From a virus (taxonomy: Duplodnaviria; Caudoviricetes), in IMG/VR virus record IMGVR_UViG_3300042922_001473: 64,000 nt of DNA. One strand, written 5' to 3'. The notes beneath the pieces were generated by a model. That model saw only the letters and a program-made list of their open reading frames with translations. It was not told the DNA's origin and did no database searches. Made by a program: the position numbers and the translations under genes. Shown here in pieces: positions 10,305 through 20,966 of this stretch (positions within the stretch are counted from its first letter, which is position 1; each line of letters begins with the position of its first letter).

Positions 10305-12260
10305 TTATACACATGAATCTATAACAAATAATCCATCACTTAATTCATCAAGAAATAAAGAAGTTGATAATGATTTGTACATTTGTGTCATAAATCCAAT
10401 ATCAGACATATGCAAATACTTCCTTGCTCTTGTCACTCCTACATAAAACAATCTTCTCTCCTCTTTTAAGTCTTCTGGTAATATAGACCTGCTACTTGGG
10501 AATACTTCATCATTTAGATATGGCATAAAGACACAATCCCATTCCAAACCTTTTGCTTTATGGATAGTTGAAATAACAACCTTATTATCGTCTTCTTCTT
10601 CACTTTCATTTACTTCTTGTTCATCAAGTATCATTTCGCTTAAAAATAATGTTAAATCTTCATATTGTTTAGATATGCTAACTAAATATTCAATATCTTT
10701 CATTCTATCTGAATAATCTTCTTCCGTTCTTTTTAAATAATCATCATAGAATTTAAAAAGAATAGTAGATAACATTGCGTGAATATCAGTTTTATTAGCA
10801 TAAATATCTCTTAATAATTCAACCACCATATTAAATCCTGGTATAGCTCTACTTGTCAATTTAACTTTGTTAATATCTAAAGAGTTTATATCATAATCAC
10901 TACTTTTATAATGATTAAATATTTTCTCAATTGTCTTTTCCCCTAATCCATCAAACATTCCAAACATTCTAAGAAATGCACTTTCGTCTTGTGGGTTTTC
11001 AATAAAAGTAAGGAAACTTAATAAATCTTTTATATGTTTTCTTTCAAAAAATGAAAATCCAGATAATAATTTATACGGTATAGCGTATTTTCTAAATGTT
11101 TTTTCGAGTATTCTTGTAAGGTAATTTGCCCTTATAAGAATGGCAATATCTTTATATGTCATACCATCCTTTATATGAGATTTTATTTTTTTTACAATGT
11201 ACTCAGCTTGTTCAATATCATCAAAAGCTTTAAAAAAAGTAGGTTTATTTTTAGCTTTTAAATACGGTGTTATTTTTGTTTTGTTTATACTACAAATATA
11301 ATTGCGATTTATTGAGTCTTCTGCAAGTTTTAATATGTATGCATCTGAACGATAATTATAGGTAATATTAAATTTTTGATTATTCTTAAAGTTTCTATGA
11401 AAATCTTCAATATAACTAACATTAGAGCCTCTCCATGAATAAATCGCCTGATTAGGGTCTCCAACAGCAAACAAAGTATGATTTCCTTTATTTAATAGAC
11501 AAAGTATTTCATATTGCAAGTGGTTCGTATCTTGAAATTCATCACAAAGAACATATTTAAATTGAGAGTTGATTCTTTTTCTAATATTATCAATTAACAA
11601 TATTTCTTTAAAGTTTACAAGCAAATCATCAAAATCCATTGCGTTTGAATCTTTTTTCTTTTTCTTATATTCCTCAATTATTTCTTCAATACCTGACATT
11701 ACTTCTTTAGTAAAATTTCTTTCATCTCTATTTAATTGGTCATACGATTTATCAAGATTTATAGCACTTGAATAAAAAGCATAAATTATTTTTGTTTCAG
11801 GAAATTCACTTTTTTTAATTGAGTGTTCTTTTAAATATTTATTTCTACACTCTGTAATAAGAGATTTTGCATCATCAGGAGTTAAAATCGAATAATTTCT
11901 TCCAAACCCAATAACTTGTGCATATTTTCTTAAAAACAATCCTGCAATATGATGAAATGTTCCAGCCAACACTCCTACTTTTTCTTTTTGAAGAAGTTCT
12001 TTTACTCTCTCTATCATTTCATTGCCAGCTTTTTTTGTAAAAGTAAGAAGCATAATGTTATTTTCTTGTACCCCTTTTGATATTAATTGAGCTACTCTAT
12101 GTGTTAATACTCTTGTTTTTCCTGAACCTGCACCTGCATTTACACATGTGTCGCTATCTTCTGCCAAAACAGCTTCTACTTGGTCATCGTCTAAATTATT
12201 GGTCAATTTATATATATCAATCCTATTATTTTCATTTAGAATGCTTTTATCTGTTGACAT
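10305..12260 (-). CDS. UvrD/PcrA-like SF1 DNA helicase
   Basis: AGAGSGKT, TFT.KA, DEFQD, VGDPNQAIY, NYRS, STIHKAKGLEW, EERRLFYVGVTRA. Confidence 0.95.
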   Translation of the reverse strand: MSTDKSILNENNRIDIYKLTNNLDDDQVEAVLAEDSDTCVNAGAGSGKTRVLTHRVAQLISKGVQENNIMLLTFTKKAGNEMIERVKELLQKEKVGVLAGTFHHIAGLFLRKYAQVIGFGRNYSILTPDDAKSLITECRNKYLKEHSIKKSEFPETKIIYAFYSSAINLDKSYDQLNRDERNFTKEVMSGIEEIIEEYKKKKKDSNAMDFDDLLVNFKEILLIDNIRKRINSQFKYVLCDEFQDTNHLQYEILCLLNKGNHTLFAVGDPNQAIYSWRGSNVSYIEDFHRNFKNNQKFNITYNYRSDAYILKLAEDSINRNYICSINKTKITPYLKAKNKPTFFKAFDDIEQAEYIVKKIKSHIKDGMTYKDIAILIRANYLTRILEKTFRKYAIPYKLLSGFSFFERKHIKDLLSFLTFIENPQDESAFLRMFGMFDGLGEKTIEKIFNHYKSSDYDINSLDINKVKLTSRAIPGFNMVVELLRDIYANKTDIHAMLSTILFKFYDDYLKRTEEDYSDRMKDIEYLVSISKQYEDLTLFLSEMILDEQEVNESEEEDDNKVVISTIHKAKGLEWDCVFMPYLNDEVFPSSRSILPEDLKEERRLFYVGVTRARKYLHMSDIGFMTQMYKSLSTSLFLDELSDGLFVIDSCV

Positions 12261-12311
12261 GTTACCCTCCCCTGATTTTTATATTGTTTATATTTAATTA
12301 TATATTATATG

Positions 12312-12325
12312 TTGACTATAATCAA
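12312..12325. promoter_or_regulatory. palindromic operator overlapping the -35 of the uvrD promoter
   Basis: TTGACTATAATCAA; minus-strand TTGATT-N17-TATAAT. Confidence 0.55.
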
Positions 12326-12393
12326 CTGTTATTTTACTAAATAAAAAACCCGATTAACATATTAAATGTAATTCGGGTCTTTTTATTCTGTTT

Positions 12394-12564
12394 TTAATTT
12401 ATTTCTTTATGGTGTAATTTAGTATAGCCATTGTCATTTGTCACAGCATATACATAGACATCTTTATCATATGTTTCAGTTGTAATAACTTTAGTTACTT
12501 CACCTGTCTCTTTAACGATAATTTCATCGTTATTATGCAATTTTTTAGCATTTTTATAATCCAT
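12394..12564 (-). CDS. small hypothetical protein (56 aa)
   Basis: not in ORF track; AAGGAG RBS, MDYKNAKKLH... Confidence 0.55.
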   Translation of the reverse strand: MDYKNAKKLHNNDEIIVKETGEVTKVITTETYDKDVYVYAVTNDNGYTKLHHKEIN

Positions 12565-12591
12565 AATTATCTCCTTTTTTATATTACCCTA

Positions 12592-12972
12592 TTAGAGTTT
12601 TAATGATTTGATAAAATCTATTTGTTCCTTACTCCATGTATTGTATATTTCTTCAACATCACCTGTCTCAAATAGGTTTTTGTTTGTTTCCTCCATGGTA
12701 ATAACCCACTCAGACAGTGCTTCATCAACTGAATTATAGAGTCTATATCCTTTATCTTTATTGAATTCTTTAACAGTACTGTCAGCACAAATTTCATATT
12801 TATACTCATAATATTCTAATACCTCTTTTAATAAATCTACCTTATTCATAGTTATCTCCTTAAAATTATTTCTTGTTATATGATACAAAGGATTTATGTT
12901 TTTGTTATTACTATCAATTTCTTTTTGTATTAAAGTCTCAATTTCAGTTTGTGACAAATCACTAAATGTCAT
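12592..12972 (-). CDS. hypothetical protein
   Basis: ORF; internal AAGGAG-ATG at 12849 may be the true start. Confidence 0.55.
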   Translation of the reverse strand: MTFSDLSQTEIETLIQKEIDSNNKNINPLYHITRNNFKEITMNKVDLLKEVLEYYEYKYEICADSTVKEFNKDKGYRLYNSVDEALSEWVITMEETNKNLFETGDVEEIYNTWSKEQIDFIKSLKL

Positions 12973-13082
12973 TGTCCCATAATAAACACCATCATTATAA
13001 AATATATCGTATCTTTTTTTAATTTTAATTCACTCCTTACTAATTTTATTAGAAATCTAATACCTTGTTTGTATATTTCTTT

Positions 13083-13670
13083 TTAAACCTGCTCTATAAG
13101 TGCTTCAATAAAATCTTTAGCTCTTGATAATGCATATTTTCTGTCTAATGGTTCATCATCATAGCAAATTGTAAATACCTTATCAATTTCCTTTGGAACT
13201 CTATACGCAATACCATCTTTCGGTTTCCAAAATGTAACCCAGTATTCGTAATTATTATACCCATCTGTATTTTTTCTGTACTCAATGCAGTCTGAAATTT
13301 TAACAGCATGACACATTCCAATACCAAAAAAATTATCTTTTGTTAATTGACCTGTAGCATAATAATTATCAACAGCTTTTTCTGGTCCAAAACATGTAGT
13401 ATAATTATAAGTCAATTCTTTTTCCATATCATTAATATAACTTCTATTTTCAAGTTCTTTTAAATTCCTTCGGCATCCATAAAACATTGTCCAATTTTTA
13501 GGGTGGTCTAATTCAGGATTTGAAATCATAATGGGTATATCCTGGTCTCCATTTTTTCTTATTTCAATCCATGCATTTTTGCCTGCATCAATAGCTGATA
13601 ATAGTCCTACCATTGCCTCTGTATAATCCTCTGTAGCCTTTGTCCAAGCAGTATTAATATTATTTTTCAT
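13083..13670 (-). CDS. hypothetical protein
   Basis: 195 aa, AAGGAG RBS. Confidence 0.7.
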   Translation of the reverse strand: MKNNINTAWTKATEDYTEAMVGLLSAIDAGKNAWIEIRKNGDQDIPIMISNPELDHPKNWTMFYGCRRNLKELENRSYINDMEKELTYNYTTCFGPEKAVDNYYATGQLTKDNFFGIGMCHAVKISDCIEYRKNTDGYNNYEYWVTFWKPKDGIAYRVPKEIDKVFTICYDDEPLDRKYALSRAKDFIEALIEQV

Positions 13671-13918
13671 ATATAAAATCTCCTTTTAAATTTAATTATG
13701 CATTTACTGTTTTTTATGTTTTCTTTATTATAGTTAAATTTTGAATGATAAATAACTAAACACCTTTCTCCAAAATCGAGTAACTAATTATGCCTATAAG
13801 AAAAAATGTATGAATTACCAATATTGTGTTATCCATAAATGGTTTTCATTAATTAATACTTTGAAGAATATAATAATAAAAATTAAAGAAATAGGAATTT
13901 ATATAAAATTATTAAAAC

Positions 13919-14122
13919 ATGATAAAGACGGAGGCTAAAATGTTTGATGAATCAAAGTGTAATAATTGTTGGTGCAAAAATTGTAATTATGACTATGGAT
14001 TAGATGTAAGTGAATTCTCTTGCTTATGTAAAAACAGAGCAGATAGAGGTTGTTTTAGATGCAAAGAGAATAATGTAAATAATGTTGTAAATCAGAATAA
14101 AAACTGTGTACAGCGAGCTTAA
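13919..14122 (+). CDS. small Cys-rich protein
   Basis: CNNCWCKNC...CLC...CFRC; GGAGG before internal ATG; terminator follows. Confidence 0.55.
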   Translation: MIKTEAKMFDESKCNNCWCKNCNYDYGLDVSEFSCLCKNRADRGCFRCKENNVNNVVNQNKNCVQRA

Positions 14123-14159
14123 AAAAAGAGAAAGTGAAAATTCACCTTCTCTTTTTTTG

Positions 14160-16856
14160 TTATGCAGTTTGTTTTACATAATCAATTCTTTGTATGCCTT
14201 CAAGTTCTGTAACAAAACCCATACAACTATTTACTTTTCTTCCTCCACCATACGAGCTATAAGTTATATATAATTCACTTTTAGCCCTGGTGATTGAAAC
14301 GAATAATAATCTTCTTTCTTCGTCACGTTCTTTATCTCTAATTTGAGTTCCTGTATACTTGTATTTATTTATTGTATTAATTACAACATCAAATTCTTTA
14401 CCTTTTGAGCTATGAGCTGTCGTTAATACGACTGCTTTAAATTTAATATTGTTTACTTCTAAAGTTTTTTCATCTTTGTATAAAGCAAACTTTATCAAAT
14501 AGTTTATCAAACTATCGAATGATTTAAACTCTTTATCTCTTAATACCTTTGTGAACTCAGCCACAGCTTTATCTTTAGTAGCAATTGAAGCAATTGTTTT
14601 AAAGAAAAACTCTATCTTTTGTGCATCGGTAGTTAAAGCATAAAAAGTTTTTACGAAATTGTTTCTGTAATGACCTACAAAATCTTTTAATTCTAATGAA
14701 CTCATTTCTTTTATCGTATCATTTTTAAACATTAATAAATATTCTAAAAGATTAAGTTCTAACTCTGGATTATTTAAGAAGTTTGCAAAGGACAATATTA
14801 CTTGAATATTTTTATTATTAAGCAACAATTGTGTTACATCCATAACAGCAGGAATGTTTTTAGCGTCAAATATGTTTTTTATCTCAAGAAGTTCCTTCTT
14901 AGTTCTTGCAATTATTGCAATCTCTTCTGCTTTAACCCCTTGGTCTAATTTTTCTTTAACAATTTCAGCTATATTTTCATATTCTTCCTTCTTTTCAAAG
15001 TAATGAATCAACTTAGGAAGTTTTCCTGATGCTTTTCTACTTATCAAATCCTTATCTACTCTGTTTTTATTCTTTTGATTTAGCAAGTTTGCAGTTCTTA
15101 TGATTTCAGGTGTTGACCTAAAATTATCTACAAGGTTTATATCTTTAGCACTTTTGAAAAACTCATTAAAGTTTAATATAAACTCTTGAGACACATTTCT
15201 AAAACTAAATATTGATTGACTATCATCTCCAACTACCATTAAAGATTGAAATTTTCCTTGCTTTACAAGTAAGGTTATAATCTGCAACTGATTGTAGTCG
15301 GTATCCTGAAATTCATCTACCATTATATGCTCAACAGTGTATTTGCGTAAAGTTTCAGGGTAAGCTCTAAATATCTGCAAAGTATAGTTGATTTGGTCTT
15401 GATATTGAAGAAGTGAATTTTCTATCAGGTCTTCATTAAATATTTGATATAAATTCCAAACACCTTCAGCTACTATAACTGTACAATTAACATCCTTAGC
15501 AAATTCTTCGTAATTTAAGTAGTTATTAGCTTTGATTTTGTCAAAGTAACTATCTACAAGAACTACTGCACCTTTTGCATATGGTAAATTCATTAAAGGA
15601 TTTTTATAATCAAGTCCCTGTATTTTGGGATAACTTTCAAGCAATTGGAAAATAATATCATATCTTTCTACCTTTTCAGCTAATAGTGGTTTACTTTCAA
15701 ATCCAAGTTTCTCAAACTCTTCACTTATTATTCTCTCACCAAAACTATTGAATGTAAATATATTCATTTTATCCACATCAATATGCTCTAATTTAAAGTG
15801 TTTTAACCAATAAGAAACTTTTTCTTTGATTTCAACTGCACCCTTATTTGAGAATGTAATAAGTAAAATATTTTCAGGTTTTGTTCCTTTTTTAAATAAA
15901 TTTACAACTCTTAATGCCAATACAGATGTCTTCCCTGCACCAGCTCCTGCATTAATTCTTACGATACCACAATCAAACTGAACTGCTTTTTTCTGGTCTT
16001 CTGTAAGATGAATTGTTCCGTTAGGTGACTTTTCAATAACTTCTACAATATCTAATTCTGTTTCTGTCTTTTCTTCATAATAACAAATTTTTGAAAAACT
16101 ACATTTTTCGCAATTAGATTCATCACAAGTTTTTTCTGAATTAAAAGAAAGCTTTCTATTAAGTATTTCAAATATTTTGTTATCAATATACTTAATATAC
16201 GCTTCGTCTTCGTCAACTTCATTAACAAAATGATAATTAATTATGTTATAACCTTTTTTAAATTCAAATAGCTCTTGAAACTCCCTTGAATTATCTCCTT
16301 TACTCTGTAAGTGATAATAACTTGCTGTTACAGGTTTGTCTTTATATAATTCTTCACCTAATTTTTGAAGCATGTAAAGCTCAATGCTATATTTGGGATT
16401 AGTTTCATACTTTTGTCCTCTGTAAGATAATTTAGGTTCACCTTTTTTATATTTAACCACTTCAATTGTTCCTTTGTTTTCAAATATAATATCTGCTGAT
16501 ACTGTAATTTCATTTCCTTGATATTGTACAGCTTTTGTAATATTTTTCATTAAAACCTTTCGATTAAATAATTGTTCATATTCAAAATATCTTACAAGTT
16601 GTTTAGTCAAAAGTTCAATTTCAGCAATTTTTTCGTCTTTAGAAACGAACATGCTTTCATCAACAAGCTTTTCTAATGAAGCAGGTATTGTAGTTAAATC
16701 ACCATTTTTAATATCAAAATCTCTAATAAAATTTTTAATTACTATAGAGAGTTCATAATGTTTGTTTTTAAGAGATTTTAAATTTACGCCTTCTAAAAAA
16801 CCTCTAACTTTACATTTATCAATGCTCACTATATCCTTTAATTTTGCTTGTACCAT
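14160..16856 (-). CDS. UvrD-like helicase with N-terminal degenerate PD-(D/E)XK (Cas4/AddB-like) domain
   Basis: AGAGAGKT, DEFQD, VGDDSQSIF, NFRS, TAHSSKGKEF, EERRLLFVSITRA; N-terminal ADII...VVKYKKG...C....CEKCSFSKIC. Confidence 0.85.
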   Translation of the reverse strand: MVQAKLKDIVSIDKCKVRGFLEGVNLKSLKNKHYELSIVIKNFIRDFDIKNGDLTTIPASLEKLVDESMFVSKDEKIAEIELLTKQLVRYFEYEQLFNRKVLMKNITKAVQYQGNEITVSADIIFENKGTIEVVKYKKGEPKLSYRGQKYETNPKYSIELYMLQKLGEELYKDKPVTASYYHLQSKGDNSREFQELFEFKKGYNIINYHFVNEVDEDEAYIKYIDNKIFEILNRKLSFNSEKTCDESNCEKCSFSKICYYEEKTETELDIVEVIEKSPNGTIHLTEDQKKAVQFDCGIVRINAGAGAGKTSVLALRVVNLFKKGTKPENILLITFSNKGAVEIKEKVSYWLKHFKLEHIDVDKMNIFTFNSFGERIISEEFEKLGFESKPLLAEKVERYDIIFQLLESYPKIQGLDYKNPLMNLPYAKGAVVLVDSYFDKIKANNYLNYEEFAKDVNCTVIVAEGVWNLYQIFNEDLIENSLLQYQDQINYTLQIFRAYPETLRKYTVEHIMVDEFQDTDYNQLQIITLLVKQGKFQSLMVVGDDSQSIFSFRNVSQEFILNFNEFFKSAKDINLVDNFRSTPEIIRTANLLNQKNKNRVDKDLISRKASGKLPKLIHYFEKKEEYENIAEIVKEKLDQGVKAEEIAIIARTKKELLEIKNIFDAKNIPAVMDVTQLLLNNKNIQVILSFANFLNNPELELNLLEYLLMFKNDTIKEMSSLELKDFVGHYRNNFVKTFYALTTDAQKIEFFFKTIASIATKDKAVAEFTKVLRDKEFKSFDSLINYLIKFALYKDEKTLEVNNIKFKAVVLTTAHSSKGKEFDVVINTINKYKYTGTQIRDKERDEERRLLFVSITRAKSELYITYSSYGGGRKVNSCMGFVTELEGIQRIDYVKQTA

Positions 16857-17035
16857 TTTGGCACTTCCTTTCACTATGTATTTTTTAAAAATCCTGTTTT
16901 ATATAAAATCTTTATATTATACTTTAAATAGCCTTCAATTATAAATAATAAGAATTATATCTGTTCAGTTATATTTGTATTAATCTGTCATTTTTTATTT
17001 ATATGGACTATAGTGTTTACATTATAACCGTATTG

Positions 17036-17049
17036 TTGTTTATAGTCAA
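17036..17049. promoter_or_regulatory. palindromic operator overlapping the -35 of the second helicase promoter
   Basis: TTGTTTATAGTCAA; minus-strand TTGACT-N17-TATAAT. Confidence 0.5.
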
Positions 17050-17103
17050 TAGAGTAAAACTAAAAAAAGAAAAGCTGTTAACTTTTCTCTGTATTATATT
17101 CCT

Positions 17104-17325
17104 TTAATCTAATTCTTTAAAATACCCTTTATCAATGAAATCATAATAGTCCCATATAGGAATTTTAGAGCAATAATAATGGTCATCATACATTGAAACT
17201 GTTGATTCATTTTTTACAACTTCATACACTTCACTTTCTGTCCAGGTATATTCTGTAATTTTTTCATCAGTTGGATAGTCTATGCTTCTACCAAAATCAC
17301 ATAACGCCTCAATTTTAATTATCAC
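17104..17325 (-). CDS. hypothetical protein
   Basis: GGAGGAG RBS, GTG start. Confidence 0.6.
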   Translation of the reverse strand: MIIKIEALCDFGRSIDYPTDEKITEYTWTESEVYEVVKNESTVSMYDDHYYCSKIPIWDYYDFIDKGYFKELD

Positions 17326-17351
17326 TTAATCATCTCCTCCCTATATAATTA

Positions 17352-18422
17352 TTACCACCTCATACCAATTTCGTTTAGCAACTTAATTCGTTCTTGATTT
17401 AGTTTGTTTTTTTTGTAGTACTTCCTTTGTGTGTGAATCCATTCACCTAAATGAATATCATTTATTCTATATTTATTAGAAATTAATAAATTCTTATGTT
17501 CTTTATAATATTGTTTAGCTAATTCATAATTGTACCCCCATGGATTTACAGTTCGATGGTATGTGTTACGACAACTCCATATCATATTAATGCTTTCTAA
17601 TTTTTCTTTTTGTTCTTTAGATAATTTATTTTTTTTGAATGCTTGTCTTTGTTTTTGAACCCAATATCCTAACTTTTCATCATTTTTAATATAAGAAATT
17701 GGTATTAACAAATCTCCATGTTCTTTGTAATACTCTATAGCTAATTCGTAATATTCCATCCATGATAATTCTTCCTCATACCATGAAATTCCTATGGATT
17801 CCAATTTTTTAATTTTTTCAGTAGTTAAAAGCTTATTCTCGAAGTAATTTTTTTGTTGTCGAATCCAACTACCTAAATCTATATTATTAATTTTATACTT
17901 TGTTGGAACATTTAAATGACCGTTCTTTTTATAAAATTGTTCAGCTAATTCATACTTTTCATTCCATAAACTTTCATTTCGCTTCCAGACAACCCCAATT
18001 GATTCTAATTTTTTTATTTGGTCTACTATTAATAAATTTTTTTTATAATATACTGTCTGATTTAATAACCAGTTCCCTAAATTATCATTATTGATTTTAT
18101 AATTACGAGGGATAAGTAAATTTTTATGTTCATTGTAATATTCTTTAGCTAACCCAAAATTTTCATCCCATGTTTTAACAACTCTAACTCCTGAAGTATT
18201 TCGCAAATTCCATTTAACGCCTATATTTTCTAATTTTTTAATTTGTTCATTATTTAATGTATTTTTCTTATAAAATTGTTTCTGATTATAAAGCCAAATA
18301 CCTAATTTTATGTTGTCAACTACATATTTAGTAGGAATTAATAAATCACCATGCTCTTTATAATATTGTTCAGCTAATTCATAATAGTCATTCCAAGTTC
18401 TTCTTACAGATTCTTTGCTCAA
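17352..18422 (-). CDS. stand-alone helicase-associated (HA) domain repeat protein
   Basis: five repeats of W...YELA..YY..HG.L.IP..Y.....LG.W...Q......L...I..LE.IG..W. Confidence 0.85.
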   Translation of the reverse strand: MSKESVRRTWNDYYELAEQYYKEHGDLLIPTKYVVDNIKLGIWLYNQKQFYKKNTLNNEQIKKLENIGVKWNLRNTSGVRVVKTWDENFGLAKEYYNEHKNLLIPRNYKINNDNLGNWLLNQTVYYKKNLLIVDQIKKLESIGVVWKRNESLWNEKYELAEQFYKKNGHLNVPTKYKINNIDLGSWIRQQKNYFENKLLTTEKIKKLESIGISWYEEELSWMEYYELAIEYYKEHGDLLIPISYIKNDEKLGYWVQKQRQAFKKNKLSKEQKEKLESINMIWSCRNTYHRTVNPWGYNYELAKQYYKEHKNLLISNKYRINDIHLGEWIHTQRKYYKKNKLNQERIKLLNEIGMRW

Positions 18423-18937
18423 ATTGCACTCCTTTTCTAAATATAATTTGGTTAACTATAATTTATCATTAATATTTAAAAATGTTTTTCAAAATCCGTT
18501 CTACCCTGTCTTATATATAACAATCTTTTACAATCAAGTGAAATTTTTTATTGATATATGAATATAATATTTTAATTAAATAAAAAAGGTTTTTTAAAAA
18601 TAATCTAATAAGGAGAAATATATGAAAAAAACTTATAAAATCGCTTTAAATGCAAATATTTCGCATAATAATGAGGATGATACTGTAGGAGTTTGTAGTA
18701 GCTATTCTGAAGGTAAATGTTTAGATAAACCTGAAAAATATTGTGATGGCTGTGCCTCAGAATATGGGAACGAATATTGAAAAAAGCAATAAAAATAGCA
18801 GTGATTAAATCAGTGCTATTTTTATATTATCTTGTAGTTTTTTAATTATATAAATACTGTTCTAATTGTTTAAAACAATCTTCGGTATTATCTGTAACAT
18901 TAGTTATGTTGTTATTGTGTACTATATATCCATTTTC

Positions 18938-19192
18938 TTAAATTAATTCACCTAAATTAATCCATGGTTTTTTATATTCTTCAATAGCTTCAATAGGTAG
19001 GCTATGAAGTTCTGTAGCACCTTCCCTTAACGAAGTAACCCCAAGCAATTCAACTTTACTATTTATATTGTTATAAACAATATAAATTTGCTTATATATA
19101 TCTCTTTTTATATTTTTATTTAAATTTTCTAAATTTTTTATTTTTAATAATATTTGATATTGAGGGTATTGGGTTGTTATTATTTTTTCCAC
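18938..19192 (-). CDS. hypothetical protein (paralog of 20967..21236)
   Basis: shared YN....K.ELLGV...E...L...W...G.L. Confidence 0.6.
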   Translation of the reverse strand: MEKIITTQYPQYQILLKIKNLENLNKNIKRDIYKQIYIVYNNINSKVELLGVTSLREGATELHSLPIEAIEEYKKPWINLGELI

Positions 19193-19252
19193 TTTAATCT
19201 CCTAAATTTAGTATAATCATATTTTATCTAAATAAACATTATATACCTTTTT

Positions 19253-19295
19253 AACAAAGAGTAGTGTGGTATTTAATACCACACTACTCTTTGTT
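19253..19295. terminator. intrinsic terminator / perfect palindrome
   Basis: AACAAAGAGTAGTGTGGTATT-T-AATACCACACTACTCTTTGTT. Confidence 0.7.
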
Positions 19296-19317
19296 TTTAT
19301 TTAAAGAAATTTTTACA

Positions 19318-19842
19318 TCAATCTAATAAAAGATGATTTAGTAATTCAATATTCCTTGGCATTTCTAACATAATATAGTCTGCTCCATTAGGATTATCTT
19401 CTGTTACAGTATACTTTGTTTTGTCAACATTGTAATTAAGAAAATACGAATTTTCTTTTCCACTATATATAGTAATATCGTGTTTTTTAAGATTTCCTTC
19501 AATCTTTTCTTTTTCATCATCGTCTAAGCTTTCAAAATATTCCAAAAACTTACGTGCTACTGTTGTAAACATTGTATTTTCTAATGAACTTAATTTTACA
19601 CTTAGATTCCAGCTATTTTGATTTAATTTTAGTATATTGTACTCACTGCTTAATTTTTCAAGCTTTGTCATATATAAGCTAAACTCTTTATCCAGAAGTT
19701 CTTTTTCTTTGTCATAACTATTCATTTGATTAGCTATACTTTTAAGTTCAGTTTCAAGTTCTTTCATTGTCTTATTAATTGTTAAACTTATTTTTTCCTT
19801 ATCATAATTCATATTAATAACCTGCCTCTCGTTCTTTCCCAA
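19318..19842 (-). CDS. coiled-coil hypothetical protein
   Basis: ORF coupled to the CYTH gene; true start probably ATG at 19812. Confidence 0.6.
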   Translation of the reverse strand: MGKNERQVINMNYDKEKISLTINKTMKELETELKSIANQMNSYDKEKELLDKEFSLYMTKLEKLSSEYNILKLNQNSWNLSVKLSSLENTMFTTVARKFLEYFESLDDDEKEKIEGNLKKHDITIYSGKENSYFLNYNVDKTKYTVTEDNPNGADYIMLEMPRNIELLNHLLLD

Positions 19843-20498
19843 TAATTAGCCATTTTATAATCATTATCATAAGTAACTTCTTTCCCAAACCAGTCAGGAG
19901 CAATAAATTCATTTGCTTCATTTGTAAAATCAAATTCTATTTCACCATATCTAAATTCTGTGTCTTTTCCTATATCTGTTACTCCTAAAGATAATTTATA
20001 ACCATTAATGTCATAAATGTAGAAATGTTTTTTAACAAAATCTTCTTCTTTAATATTTCCAATAATCATCAATTGTTCGAATTCTTCCTTAGTTATTTCT
20101 TTCTGCACTTCAATACGTTGTATAGTTCCTTTACCTTTAATACAAAGCTTGTAGGATATATTTCCGTCATAAACATTTTGCTTACTTCTTATCCTTATTT
20201 CTGGATTAACGCTTAAATATGCTTGATTATAGAAATATTCTCCTAATTCTTTAGTACCTTCAGGAGCTTTTTCTGAATTGAATAACCATTTCCTTTCTAT
20301 TTCTTTATGTGAAATTTGTTCTGCCGACGCTATCTGACCACTATACAGTTTAATTAGAGGTATTAAAGCTTCAGAATCTTCAAAGCTTACTACTGTTGCT
20401 AATTCTTTATCTTTTGCAAATACAATTGAATTGTTTTCGGCAATTCTTAAGAAGTAATCATTATTGCTATTAATTATTATATATTGAGCCTTTTTCAT
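19809..20498 (-). CDS. CYTH / triphosphate tunnel metalloenzyme
   Basis: EIERKW, QAYL, IRIR, GEIEF, PDWFGKEVT.D..YKM. Confidence 0.85.
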   Translation of the reverse strand: MKKAQYIIINSNNDYFLRIAENNSIVFAKDKELATVVSFEDSEALIPLIKLYSGQIASAEQISHKEIERKWLFNSEKAPEGTKELGEYFYNQAYLSVNPEIRIRSKQNVYDGNISYKLCIKGKGTIQRIEVQKEITKEEFEQLMIIGNIKEEDFVKKHFYIYDINGYKLSLGVTDIGKDTEFRYGEIEFDFTNEANEFIAPDWFGKEVTYDNDYKMANYWERTRGRLLI

Positions 20499-20551
20499 AA
20501 TATCTATCCTTTTTTTATTAGATTTATAGAGTTATTTAAATAACACCATGT

Positions 20552-20950
20552 TTATTTAATTGCTTGCATAAGATTATTGTATTCATTTTGAATTGATTTT
20601 AAAGATACAATAATACATTCGTTTGGAGCATTATCCCAGAATATTATTGACCATGAAACCCAAGTGCCTACTTCTCCACCTGCTATAGTTAAAGAGCCTC
20701 TATGTACTACATATCTTAAATAAAACTTAAGGGCTTCTAAATCTTCTTCGGTTTCTATATGCCACCATTCTCCATAATCCATAAAATCTGACTGTACTTT
20801 TCGTATATCTTTAATTTTTTCATTTGCTTCTAATTTATCTTCATATTCAATACATTCACGAGAAGAATCAAATTCTATTCCATCTTTTGCAATGTATTTA
20901 GTAACTTCTTCGTTTTTAATCACTTCTATAATTGATATTTTCTTTTCCAA
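20552..20950 (-). CDS. hypothetical phage-type protein
   Basis: YIAKDG.EF....EC..YE motif common in phage accessory ORFs. Confidence 0.65.
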   Translation of the reverse strand: MEKKISIIEVIKNEEVTKYIAKDGIEFDSSRECIEYEDKLEANEKIKDIRKVQSDFMDYGEWWHIETEEDLEALKFYLRYVVHRGSLTIAGGEVGTWVSWSIIFWDNAPNECIIVSLKSIQNEYNNLMQAIK

Positions 20951-20966
20951 AATATAATTCCCCCTA

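Noticed and set aside
19253-19295. Head-to-head ISL3 ends (contains GTGGTAT/ATACCAC)
   Set aside because: Lacks the CGACATTA core; its position and T-tracts fit a terminator.
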